Shown: positions 1 through 9,421, counted from the first letter of the stretch. The stretch is 61,604 bases of DNA from Acidimicrobiia bacterium (GCA_041576165.1 JBFGLM010000029.1:1-61604); one strand, 5' to 3'. Numbers and translations are program-made. Notes: a model not told the origin generated them from the sequence alone.

Positions 1-465
1 GTGCACCAGGATGTCGCCAGAGTTCATGGTGGCTACCCGCACGTCGTTCGAACGGCTGCCGGCGGGCGACGGGATAACCGTCACGAATGAGGGCTTGGTC
101 TTGTTACCGACGTCCCACACCCAGACACCCGCCTCCGGATCGCCACCGCACGGGTTCTGAAACGTACCTGTATAGGCGTAGCCGTTGTGCGCCCAGACGT
201 CGGTAGTAGCATCGGTGACCAGTCGGTCGCCGCGGCCCACCAAGTCGAGATTTTTCACGACCTTGGCGTTCGGGCCATCGCTGACCAGTCCTTCCACCAT
301 TGCCGTAGTGGCATCGTGTTCAACGAGCGCAACGGACGTATCTGCCGGGTGGAGACCCGATCCGTCACTAACACCATCATCCGGGTGATCGGCGGACGCC
401 GGCACCCCCGCCACCAGTGACAGCACCAATGCCATCACCAGCAGAATTGCTATTCGTTTGCTCAC
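1..465 (-). CDS. Secreted LVIVD-repeat/beta-propeller-like protein (N-terminal part; runs off the window edge)
   Basis: Not in the ORF track. Manual translation from GTG at 465 (GGAGG SD upstream): MSKRIAILLVMALVLSLVAGVPASA signal peptide, then 'TDVWAHNGYAYTGTF...GVWVWDVGNKTKPSFV...SRSNDVRV', typical LVIVD-like repeats. Confidence 0.7.
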   Translation of the reverse strand, partial: MSKRIAILLVMALVLSLVAGVPASADHPDDGVSDGSGLHPADTSVALVEHDATTAMVEGLVSDGPNAKVVKNLDLVGRGDRLVTDATTDVWAHNGYAYTGTFQNPCGGDPEAGVWVWDVGNKTKPSFVTVIPSPAGSRSNDVRVATMNSGDILVH

Positions 466-829
466 GCTGAATTCCTCCCTCCGTCCGTGACCTCGAGGTC
501 ACGGGATTCGGTCTCACCTATGTGCCCTGAGATGCCGCCGTATCACCTCCAATCCTCGAAGGTCTGCGACCGTCCGCTCAGGACGCCAAAGACCACGCAA
601 TAGGCTTTGCCCACAGGAACCGCGCAGAGCTGCGCGCGCACCGGTGGTCGCAACAGAACCGTGAGGGAGGGCGCGGGAATGCGCCGCTCCTCGATCCCGG
701 AATTTGAGCGCCGGTGGATGGATCCCGCTATCCGACCACGGCGAGTATCAGATGGCGCCCTTCCCGCGGGAAGGGCACACCGGCTGTCGTCCAAAAACCG
801 CCCCTCAAACCAAATTGGCCAGCCCGTAC

Positions 830-859
830 AACCTACACGATCATGTCACCAACTGTCCA
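830..859 (-). promoter_or_regulatory. Putative sigma70-type promoter TGGACA-N18-TAGGTT for the gene starting at 465
   Basis: Minus-strand -35 at 859-854 and -10 at 835-830, within a locally AT-rich patch. Confidence 0.35.
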
Positions 860-902
860 ATTTCTGACAACATCTGGATGTGCAGGCCCGGAAGCTTCGT
901 CC

Positions 903-2045
903 TCATCGGCCGAATCGCAGCCCGATCAGTTGGGTGGCGAGCGGGTTGCAGCCACCCGGGGGAGGCGGCGGAGGGCCGGTACCGGTGACGGGATCGATCC
1001 CGACGGCTCTCCAGCCGTTCACGACCGCCGTCTGCTGGGTGCTGCCGGTGCCGTGCAACTCGCCGGCGATCACGAATGTCAGCTCGGCCGCCTGCTGGAA
1101 CGACGCCTGGCTGCTGAGGCGCCCGTCGGTCAGCGTTCGGTACCAGATCATCCCGGCGTCGTCCCAGGCATTGCCGCCTAGATCGGTGGCCACCCGATAG
1201 AACGCGTGGTTCGGAATGCCGGAGTTGATGTGGACGCCGCCGTTGTCCTGGGTGGTGTTCACGTAGTCGTCCATGTGGGCGGGCTGTGGGTCTTTGCCGA
1301 TGACCGGGTCGTCGTAGGCGGTGCCGGGTGCCTTCATCGACCGCAAGCCGACTCCGGAGACATTGGCCGTGAACAGCTCGGCCCCGATGAGCCAACTGGC
1401 GGCCGTCGCAGTCTGGTTCTGAGCCCGCTGCACCACCAGCGACCCGAAGACATCTGAGAACGACTCGTTCATCGCCCCGGATTGACCTACATAGGCGAGG
1501 TTGGCTGTGAACTGGGTCACGCCGTGGGTCAACTCATGGCCGATGACGTCGAGCGACTTCGTGAAGCGGTTGAACAGGCGCTCCGACTCTGGCAGGTTCT
1601 CGTCACCGTCGCCGTACACCATCTGCTTCCCGTTCCAGAAGGCGTTGTCGTAACCGACCCGGTAGTGGACCGTGGAATCCAACCGCATGTTGTTGCCGTC
1701 CATCGACTGGCGGCCGTACACCTGGTCGAAGAGGTCGTACGTCTCTCCCGATCCGTCGTACGCCTCGTCGACGGCGGCGTCTCCCGTCGGTGGATCACCC
1801 TCGCGCCGCACCGGCGTGCCCGGCAAGGTGGTGCCGTTGTTGGCGTTGTAGACGACACGCTCTTTGGCGGCGGGCGTGGCCGACGGCGGCGCTGCGGCCG
1901 CGGGCGGCGCTTCAGCACGCTCCTCTCGTATCTCGGCCGAAACGACGAGGCTGGCCTCGGCGGCCGCTTGCTGCGCAGGCGTGCCGTTTTCTGCAATCGA
2001 CTCGAGCACGTACGGCGGAATGATGCAATGAGCGTGGTGATGCAT
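903..2045 (-). CDS. Protealysin-like M4 (thermolysin family) metalloprotease
   Basis: Short propeptide CIIPPYVL, NAFWNG, HELTH zinc motif, GAMNESFSD, GGVHINSGIPN; no signal peptide. ATG at 2045 has AAGGA upstream (ORF track starts at 2078). Confidence 0.93.
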   Translation of the reverse strand: MHHHAHCIIPPYVLESIAENGTPAQQAAAEASLVVSAEIREERAEAPPAAAAPPSATPAAKERVVYNANNGTTLPGTPVRREGDPPTGDAAVDEAYDGSGETYDLFDQVYGRQSMDGNNMRLDSTVHYRVGYDNAFWNGKQMVYGDGDENLPESERLFNRFTKSLDVIGHELTHGVTQFTANLAYVGQSGAMNESFSDVFGSLVVQRAQNQTATAASWLIGAELFTANVSGVGLRSMKAPGTAYDDPVIGKDPQPAHMDDYVNTTQDNGGVHINSGIPNHAFYRVATDLGGNAWDDAGMIWYRTLTDGRLSSQASFQQAAELTFVIAGELHGTGSTQQTAVVNGWRAVGIDPVTGTGPPPPPPGGCNPLATQLIGLRFGR

Positions 2046-2095
2046 GGGTTTGTCCTTTGGTTCGGGGACGGCGGCCACTCGTTCCGTTGCGTTGT

Positions 2096-2515
2096 TCAGC
2101 CCTCCCTTCGGGTCTGCAGCTGGCTGGTCAGCCAGTCGAGCAGGGGTCGCAGCTGTTCCGGCGCGGCCGAGTCGCTGGTCACCACCGTGGCCGCCCGGTC
2201 CCCCGCCTCCACCTCGATCGAATAGGTGAAATCGTCGGGCACGGGAGCATCACCGACGATCTGGGCTGGAAGGTCGAAGAACTGCGCTTCTTCGATGAGC
2301 CGGCTGAGGATCTCCCGTTCGTCGCCGGTCAGATTGCTGGAATCCAGGGTCATCGAACGGGTGAGGCCGGCAAATCCGCCGGACCTCTCGAAAACGATCC
2401 TCAACACCGCCCCCTCCTCCCCCGGGGTGTCACCGGGTCCCGCCGACCCGCGGTCGCTGTCTCCGCCACATGCGACCGCGAGGACGAACACTCCCAACCA
2501 CGCCAGCCTACGCAC
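2096..2515 (-). CDS. Emfourin (protealysin inhibitor) domain protein with a possible lipoprotein signal
   Basis: RIVFERSGGFAG...PDDFTYSIEV...LRPLLDWL emfourin pattern, next to the M4 gene. N-terminus RRLAWLGVFVLAVAC-GG. Start uncertain (2593, 2515 or 2407). Confidence 0.8.
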   Translation of the reverse strand: MRRLAWLGVFVLAVACGGDSDRGSAGPGDTPGEEGAVLRIVFERSGGFAGLTRSMTLDSSNLTGDEREILSRLIEEAQFFDLPAQIVGDAPVPDDFTYSIEVEAGDRAATVVTSDSAAPEQLRPLLDWLTSQLQTRREG

Positions 2516-2582
2516 CCGCAACCACCATTGCGGGATAGGTGCCGTATCGATGCCGATCATGGCGGTTTGGCCGGCATGCCGG

Positions 2583-3338
2583 TCAGGTCGCACTCATCCC
2601 GCCATCGGCAAACAGGGTGTGCCCCGTAATGGAGCCGGCCATCTCCGAGGCAAGGAACAGGACCGGGCCCACCGTGACGTCTGTGGTGGTCAGGGCCCCT
2701 TGCGGTATCCGCTGGGCGAACGCCTCCACAACGGCAGGATCGGTGAATGCAGGCGCCATCAGGGCCGTATCGGTCGGACCGGGCGCTACGGCGTTGACGG
2801 TCACGCCCGTGCGCGCCCACTCGACCGCCAGCGATTTCGTCATCGAGATGACTGCCGACTTCGACGCGTTGTAGGCGAGCTGGCGGGCCGAACCGCGAAT
2901 GCCGGCGTTCGACGAATAGTTGATGATCCGGCCCCGTCCTCGATCGATCATTCTCCGTCCCGCCGCCTGGCACAGCAACCAGGTGCCCTTCACGTTGATG
3001 CCCATCACCCGGTCGAAATCAGCTTCAGTCAGCTCGAGCGAGGGCATCCGCAGGTAGATGGCGGCCGTGTTTACCAGCACGTCGATCTTCCCGTGCCCCT
3101 GCCATGTCGATTCGATCAGGTCCTCGACCGCAGTTCCGTTGCTCACATCGACTTCGGCGGCACTGATCGTCTCGGCCTCGTTGGCCACTGCTTCGGCGCT
3201 GGCTGCGTCGAGATCGGCCACGACCACCGTTGCGCCGTGGCGGGAAAACGCCACCGCCAGTTCCCGTCCAATAGCCCCGCCGCCGCCACAAACGACCACC
3301 ACCTGGCCGTTGAAGTCGAACCACGCCGCAGTGTTCAC
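2583..3338 (-). CDS. SDR family oxidoreductase
   Basis: GGGGAIG nucleotide-binding motif, YNASK catalytic motif, NAVAPG, ADGG; probable GTG start at 3338. Confidence 0.92.
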   Translation of the reverse strand: MNTAAWFDFNGQVVVVCGGGGAIGRELAVAFSRHGATVVVADLDAASAEAVANEAETISAAEVDVSNGTAVEDLIESTWQGHGKIDVLVNTAAIYLRMPSLELTEADFDRVMGINVKGTWLLCQAAGRRMIDRGRGRIINYSSNAGIRGSARQLAYNASKSAVISMTKSLAVEWARTGVTVNAVAPGPTDTALMAPAFTDPAVVEAFAQRIPQGALTTTDVTVGPVLFLASEMAGSITGHTLFADGGMSAT

Positions 3339-3729
3339 GAGATCACCTCTGGGACGTGAGTGTAGAGAAGGACCGGCAGGCATACCCGGGCCGGCCACAG
3401 ATCTCGCCCGTCCGTTCACACCGCATCGGCGACGCTACGATCGAGAATGGCGCCGGAGAGCAGACATCTCCGGCGGACACGGGGGTCGAAATCGGGTGCA
3501 AAGCGGCGGGCTGGGTCAATGGGCCCGTTCAGCAGGGTGTCAGCGGCGGTGCGTAAGTGTGCGCGCACAGCGCACATGACCGTTCCCACCATGAAACATC
3601 TGCCTGCCGGGGATCTGTGGCTCTGCGGCTACTGCGAAGTTCAACCCGGCGCGCTGTTCCAGCCAAGGCCACAGCCGCGCCTTGGGGCCCGCCGGGGTGA
3701 CGCCCCGAGGCGAGCGGGACTCAGCGGAC

Positions 3730-4758
3730 ATGTCTGACCGCCGCCGCAGCCGGGCCAAGAGCGGCCTGCTCCTCGCCACAGCCGGGTTGCTCCTGGTCGG
3801 TGTCGTCGCAGGGTCGGGCTGGTGGCGGTCGGGACCTCCGCCGCAGACCGTGCCGAGTCAGCCGGGTTCGCCTTCGAGCGTTGCCACGTCCATCGACGTC
3901 GAAGCCCCGCCCGGGACAACTGCCCCCGAGAAAGCACCAGATGCCGGATCGACACCACCGGCGACCGCGGTCCAGAAAGCTCCGGACCCACCGCTGGTCC
4001 GGCTGGCCGCGGTGGGCGATGTGGGAACAGGTGATGAACACGAGTGGGAGACCGCCGGTTTCATGGCTGAAGCGGGCGTTTCGGACCCATTTGACGGCCT
4101 GATCCTGCTTGGCGACAACGTCTACCCCAACGGCGATCCGGAACGGCTCGACGCGACAGTATTCGATCCCTTTGCACCGATACTCGACGCAGGCGCCAGC
4201 CTGCTCCCGGTCCTCGGCAATCACGACGTCCGCGACGGCAACGGTCCGGGCCAGGTCAGCAGGCTGGGGATGCCCCACAACTGGTATTCGGTTGCGATCG
4301 GTCACGTGCTGTTCATCGGCCTCGACTCGAACCGCGTCGAGGATCCCTCCCAGTTGGAGTGGCTCGAAGAGACCCTCGCCGGGACGCCCCACACCACAAT
4401 CATCGCCGCAATGCATCATCCGGCTTACTCGGCGGGTAAGCATGGCTCCACCCGGGACGTGCAAGAGCTATGGGTGCCCCTCTTCGAGGAGTACGGGGTA
4501 GATCTCGTGCTGGCCGGTCACGATCACGACTACCAGCGCAGCATCCCGATGGACGGTGTCACCTACTTCGTTTCCGGCGGCGGTGCCAGGCTGCGGCCGG
4601 CGGGCACGGCCGAGTTCTCGGCCTACACCGCATCGGTGCGGCACTTCCTGGATATCCAGGTATGGGAGGACCGAATAGAGGTCACTGCCGTGAGTAGCGA
4701 GGGCGCATTCGACGATGTCGCCATCCACACTTCGACAACCGGCGAGCCCGGGTCTTGA
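3730..4758 (+). CDS. Exported calcineurin-like metallophosphoesterase (purple-acid-phosphatase-like)
   Basis: GDVG, LGDNVY, GNHD, HHP and GHDHDY motifs; N-terminal TM/signal followed by a Pro-rich linker. Confidence 0.9.
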   Translation: MSDRRRSRAKSGLLLATAGLLLVGVVAGSGWWRSGPPPQTVPSQPGSPSSVATSIDVEAPPGTTAPEKAPDAGSTPPATAVQKAPDPPLVRLAAVGDVGTGDEHEWETAGFMAEAGVSDPFDGLILLGDNVYPNGDPERLDATVFDPFAPILDAGASLLPVLGNHDVRDGNGPGQVSRLGMPHNWYSVAIGHVLFIGLDSNRVEDPSQLEWLEETLAGTPHTTIIAAMHHPAYSAGKHGSTRDVQELWVPLFEEYGVDLVLAGHDHDYQRSIPMDGVTYFVSGGGARLRPAGTAEFSAYTASVRHFLDIQVWEDRIEVTAVSSEGAFDDVAIHTSTTGEPGS

Positions 4759-4791
4759 CCGGCGGCTAGGCCCGCCCGTTGCACGGGAGTG

Positions 4792-5721
4792 TCAGGATGA
4801 CTCGGCGACGGTGGTGGTTGCCGGATGGCTGTGCGGATGCCGGTGGTCGGTCAGCGCGTAACGTGGGTCTGCGGCTTCGAAACCGTTCACAGACAACAAG
4901 GCTGCCGTGATCCCGCCGATGACACCTGTCTGGTCCAGGTCATGCGCGCGCTGGAAGACGATGACACCCGATCGGGTGGCCTCATCGAAGGTATGCGTCC
5001 GATTGATCGGCACCCATCCGGGTGCCAGGTCCGGCCGGAATGCGGCCCACCGGTTCAGATACGCCTGGAAACGGCTCACGGCATATCCGCTGTCCCCGAG
5101 CTTCAGCATCTCATCTACCTCCAAAGCCACCTGGCTGCGAAACCAGGCCATGTCGTACCAGGGATCGAGCTTGCGCAAGGTCCACTCTTTGTGACCCAAC
5201 ACCCTCGTGAACGGGTCCCAGTTGAAGCCCGTGCACAGCGCAGCCGCCACCTGAATGGCCGCCCGTTTCTGGGCGTCGGGATGATCATCACCGGATTGGC
5301 CTCCTTCGAGTGATATCCCGATCGAGTGGCCGTTGCCTCCGATCCGCCCAGCCGCGTCCGTGTCGGACGGAGGGATTACGGGGAGACCCTGGCGCACCCG
5401 TTCTAGTTGATTGGGGTCGCCCGCGCCGGCATGGTTGGCCCGCCCTGACGAAACCAGGTGGATCGCAGCGGTGGTTCGATCGATGAACACTTGGTAGACG
5501 GGAGGCGGGAGCGTAGAAGTGCCATTGATCGCCTGGTTCAGGAGGGAGTCGAACCCGACGTCGTCGGTGGCACCCCAATGATGAATCATCACGAGCTCGG
5601 GCCCGAAGAACAGGTCTGTTGTCCCGGAGCTGGTCGGGTTATCTGGCGTCCCGTAACCGGGAACGTCGTGATCCGTATGCGGCACACCGGACGCAGTGAG
5701 GATCTCGCCCAGGGCGCTCAT
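4792..5721 (-). CDS. N-acetylmuramoyl-L-alanine amidase (Amidase_2) with C-terminal peptidoglycan-binding domain
   Basis: MIHHW, RANHAG, SIGISLE, GHKEW..RKLDP; C-terminal LKLGDSG..V..FQ...FQRAHDL...G.IG..T. Confidence 0.82.
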   Translation of the reverse strand: MSALGEILTASGVPHTDHDVPGYGTPDNPTSSGTTDLFFGPELVMIHHWGATDDVGFDSLLNQAINGTSTLPPPVYQVFIDRTTAAIHLVSSGRANHAGAGDPNQLERVRQGLPVIPPSDTDAAGRIGGNGHSIGISLEGGQSGDDHPDAQKRAAIQVAAALCTGFNWDPFTRVLGHKEWTLRKLDPWYDMAWFRSQVALEVDEMLKLGDSGYAVSRFQAYLNRWAAFRPDLAPGWVPINRTHTFDEATRSGVIVFQRAHDLDQTGVIGGITAALLSVNGFEAADPRYALTDHRHPHSHPATTTVAESS

Positions 5722-5931
5722 GACCCACGCCTCCAGGCGGTCCCGGGGCGACGAGCCGGCAGCACGACGCTGCGCGCCCCTGTTGTGCGGAAGCCGGTAG
5801 AGCTCATACCCGGGTCACCCTATCGATCTCGCCCTGGCGCGGCCCGCCTGTCGCCCTTTGGCCTGGGACACATCGTTGTTCTGCAACTCCCGATGGATAG
5901 GCTGGCACCGACGCGGCGCTGGCAGGGGGAT

Positions 5932-8019
5932 ATGGTCGACGATGCAGCCAAGCTGAAGAAGCTACAGCCCAAGCTGCGCATGGTGCTCAACGGCACCGAC
6001 AACGTGAACGCCATTCGGGCGGAGCACGCAGCCGCGCTGGTTTCCACCAAGTCCCCCAAGGAAGTGCCGCTGCTGCGCGGGGAAGACGCTGTTCCGGCCA
6101 GCCGGAAGGAGGTGGGTGGCAAGCGGGGCAAGCTCATGGGACGGGTGGCGGCCCAGGCTTTGGTCAATGTGTTCGCCCGCCTGTCGGAGGCGAGCGACGC
6201 CGGTGTTGAACTCCTCGAACAATCCAAACGAAGAGGCAGCCGCGTCGTGCGCAAGCTGGATATGGCCACGGCCACGGTGGGTCTCGACGAACTGAAGAAC
6301 CTGCGCGACGACGAGGCGCGCGGCTTGGTCTACGTCGAGATGGGCGAACCGCTGACGGCCCCGACGCCCTCCGACATCACCGCGGGCGTCGGGGCGCCGA
6401 CCAGGGACCGACGGCGTACCGGCGATGGGCGAGTGCACGGATTCGGCCGCGATGTGCTGGTCGGAATCATCGACGTGCAAGGGTTCGATTTTGCCCATCC
6501 AGACTTTCTCGACGACACCGGCGAGACGCGTTTCGTCTCCATCTGGGACCAGGGGGGCAACGCCCGAGTTGCTCCATCCCGACGGCCCGACCCGGATCAA
6601 GCGAAGCGACTCGCGAATTTCAATTTCGGCTCCGAATTCCGCAAAGAGCATCTCGACCAGGCGATCCGCTACCACCGCGAGAACCAGGGAAGCTTGCCCC
6701 CATACCTGCTGGAACGGCAGTCCCAGACCGTCACGGGATCGCACGGCACGCATGTCGCCTCGATTGCGGCCGGTAACAGCGGCATCTGCCGGGCCGCCAA
6801 GATCGCCGCGGTCCTGATCCACTTGCCACAGGACGACCTGGAGCGGCGGCGCTCGTTCTACGACTCAACCCGCATCGCCCATGCCGTCGATTATTTGTTC
6901 GCACTTGGTGAGATCTACGACCTGCCGGTCGTCATCAATGTGAGCCTCGGCACCAACGGGCACGCCCACGATGGCAGCAGCGCAATCAACCGCTGGATCG
7001 ATGCAGCGCTCACACAGCCGGGCCGGGTGGTGGTGGCTGCGGCCGGAAACGCAGGTCAAGAAAAGCCCGAGTTCGAGGGTGACACCGGATACATGATGGG
7101 CCGCATTCATTCGAGCGGCCGGGTGCCGGCTCAGGGCCTGCAGAGTGATCTGATTTGGCAAGTGGTGGGCAACTCGATTGCCGACATCTCGGAGAACGAA
7201 CTCGAAATCTGGTACGGGTCCCAGGACAGATTCGACGTCACGCTGTGGTCTCCGCCGGGGGAGCAGATCGGTCCGGTCCGGCCCGGACAGTTCATCGAGA
7301 ACCGCCGCCTGGCGGACGGAGCATTCGTCAGCATCTACAACGAGCTGTATCACGAGGCGAACGGCGAGAATTACATTGCCGTCTATCTCTCGCCGTTCTT
7401 CGGAACGGACGGGGTGGTGGGAGTGACGGCGGGGCCCTGGAAGGTGCGGCTGGGAGGCACACGGGTACGGGACGGGCGCTTTCACGCGTGGATCGAGCGC
7501 GATGACCCCCGGCGGATCGGAAAGCTGGGCCCGAAACAGGCGTGGGTGTTCCCGTCCTTTTTTGGTGACGGCAGCTGGGTGGACGATTCCACTGTCAGCT
7601 CCCTGGCATGTGGTCAACGCATCATCTCGGTGGCGAATCTCGATGCGGCCCGTGACCGAATTCACGTGAGCAGCAGTCAGGGACCCACTCGTGACAACCG
7701 GCCAAAGCCCGACGTGGCCGCCGAAGGCACCAACGTCGTGGCGGCCAACGGCTTTGCTCCCCGCGACCAACAATGGCTGGCCATGACGGGCACCTCGATG
7801 GCTGCCCCCTACGTAACCGGGGTGGCTGGTTTGATGCTGTCGGCCCGTCGCGACCTCACGGCCGCGCAGGTGGAGGGGATCTTGCGCGCCACGTCGACAC
7901 CGCTGCCGGGCGTCGATTATGCGTGGAAGAACAACGCCGGGTTCGGGGTGATCAACCCGGAGGGTTGCCTCGATGAGGCCGTCAAAGTGGCCGGCCGCCA
8001 GGACATCACGGACTCCTGA
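5932..8019 (+). CDS. S8 (subtilisin-like) serine peptidase with CspA-like insertion, no signal peptide
   Basis: Catalytic triad motifs VGIID, HGTHVASIAAG and GTSMAAP, plus AAAGN. Likely start MVDDAAKL at 5932; the ORF-track extension to 5458 overlaps the amidase. Confidence 0.9.
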   Translation: MVDDAAKLKKLQPKLRMVLNGTDNVNAIRAEHAAALVSTKSPKEVPLLRGEDAVPASRKEVGGKRGKLMGRVAAQALVNVFARLSEASDAGVELLEQSKRRGSRVVRKLDMATATVGLDELKNLRDDEARGLVYVEMGEPLTAPTPSDITAGVGAPTRDRRRTGDGRVHGFGRDVLVGIIDVQGFDFAHPDFLDDTGETRFVSIWDQGGNARVAPSRRPDPDQAKRLANFNFGSEFRKEHLDQAIRYHRENQGSLPPYLLERQSQTVTGSHGTHVASIAAGNSGICRAAKIAAVLIHLPQDDLERRRSFYDSTRIAHAVDYLFALGEIYDLPVVINVSLGTNGHAHDGSSAINRWIDAALTQPGRVVVAAAGNAGQEKPEFEGDTGYMMGRIHSSGRVPAQGLQSDLIWQVVGNSIADISENELEIWYGSQDRFDVTLWSPPGEQIGPVRPGQFIENRRLADGAFVSIYNELYHEANGENYIAVYLSPFFGTDGVVGVTAGPWKVRLGGTRVRDGRFHAWIERDDPRRIGKLGPKQAWVFPSFFGDGSWVDDSTVSSLACGQRIISVANLDAARDRIHVSSSQGPTRDNRPKPDVAAEGTNVVAANGFAPRDQQWLAMTGTSMAAPYVTGVAGLMLSARRDLTAAQVEGILRATSTPLPGVDYAWKNNAGFGVINPEGCLDEAVKVAGRQDITDS

Positions 8020-9362
8020 TGCAGCTCCATGTGTTCAATGGGGCGGATGGTGACTGTCTCCTGCTGGAAAGCGGAGATGGGCACCTGATGCTCATCGACG
8101 GTGGGCGATCGACCAGCTTTCAGGACCATGTCGCACCCTTCCTGGCCGAGCTGGCACATGCCGGCCGGGAGCTAGCCGCAGTGTGCGTGTCGCACATCGA
8201 TGCCGACCACATCACCGGGGTACTAAAACTCCTGGACTACATCCTCGAACAACGGATCCACGAGTTTCAGGTGGCACACGGGAACGGTCACCACCGTCCG
8301 CCCCGGTTCACCATGCCCGCAGTGGGCGGCATCTGGCACAACGGGTTCGAACAGCTGCTTGGCATCGGACTGGCAACCGAGGTCGGCCACATGCTGGCCA
8401 CCACCACCCGGGTGCTCGGCGCAGGTGAGAGCCTCCAGGCGCTGGTCGGCGCCCAGGCCTGGACGCAGAGCGAGCGCCAGTCAGCCGAACTCAGTCTGCA
8501 GGCTCTGGAAGTTCTGGGTATCCCCATCAACGGGGCGGCGACATCGCCGCCCACCCTGGAGGTTGGGGGGGCCGAGCCCGACCGTGAGCTCGGAAGCACC
8601 ACGCTCACCATGCTCGCTCCGCTTTCCGAGGACGTAGCGCTGCTGCGCGATCAGTTTCAAGGTTGGCTCGATGACAACCACTCGGTGCTGGACGACCTGA
8701 AGCGTGAGGCACGAGCGCAGTCGACCGAGTTCACTGCATCGGAACCGAACCACGAGATCCGGCGGATCGTCGAGCCGGCCGAGCGTCTGGCAATGGCCCT
8801 CAACAACCGGGGCCTGGTCACGCCCGCCAACCTGGCTTCGATCATGCTGCATGCCGCCGAGGACGAGCACGCGGTGCTGCTGACCGGCGACGGCCATGGC
8901 GACGACGTGATCAGGGGCCTCGAGGCCCAGGGCCTCCTGGGGGAGGATGAGCCACTCCATGTAAGCGTGCTCAAAATGCCCCACCACGGTGCGGAGTTCA
9001 ACATCGGGTTTGAGGAGAAGGGCAACTACATCCTCAGCCCATTCCTGCGGCGGATCACCGCCGACCACTACGTGTTTTGCGGGGACGGAAGCCATCACAA
9101 TCCGGACAGGCGAATCGTCAAGGCCACCATCGACAGCCGAATCGGTGCAGCAAGCGTGCGGTCGGCCAACCCACGCGCCGAACGCCCATTCAAGCTCTGG
9201 TTCACCAGCCATCCCAGCCGCGTCGCCGGCGCAGCTGACAAGAGTCACATGACGGGAATCCGCAGCTACGTCCAGCGGCGCGCCCGCCGCAACCGCGGCC
9301 GTCTGCAGTACGAGTTTCTGCGGGGCCACCGATTCACGATCGAGGCGGGCCACGCTCCCTGA
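8019..9362 (+). CDS. MBL-fold metallo-hydrolase (ComEC/Avs1a-like)
   Basis: GDCLLL, LIDGG, SHIDADHITG (HxDxDH), N.ASI, LLTGDG, LKMPHHG, HHNPD; TGATG overlap with the S8 stop codon. Confidence 0.88.
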   Translation: MQLHVFNGADGDCLLLESGDGHLMLIDGGRSTSFQDHVAPFLAELAHAGRELAAVCVSHIDADHITGVLKLLDYILEQRIHEFQVAHGNGHHRPPRFTMPAVGGIWHNGFEQLLGIGLATEVGHMLATTTRVLGAGESLQALVGAQAWTQSERQSAELSLQALEVLGIPINGAATSPPTLEVGGAEPDRELGSTTLTMLAPLSEDVALLRDQFQGWLDDNHSVLDDLKREARAQSTEFTASEPNHEIRRIVEPAERLAMALNNRGLVTPANLASIMLHAAEDEHAVLLTGDGHGDDVIRGLEAQGLLGEDEPLHVSVLKMPHHGAEFNIGFEEKGNYILSPFLRRITADHYVFCGDGSHHNPDRRIVKATIDSRIGAASVRSANPRAERPFKLWFTSHPSRVAGAADKSHMTGIRSYVQRRARRNRGRLQYEFLRGHRFTIEAGHAP

Positions 9363-9421
9363 ATACGTCCGCGGCTCGCGCCGATCGGGCCACGCAAACC
9401 CGCCCATTACCTACAATGGAA

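Noticed and set aside
575-620. GGACGCCAAAG / GGGCAAAGCC resembling a c-di-GMP-I riboswitch
   Set aside because: The order and strand of the conserved elements do not fit; kept only as an unclassified structured leader
5458-5931. 158-aa N-terminal extension of the S8 ORF
   Set aside because: It overlaps the opposite-strand amidase and reads like non-coding GC-rich translation; MVDDAAKL at 5932 is the more plausible start
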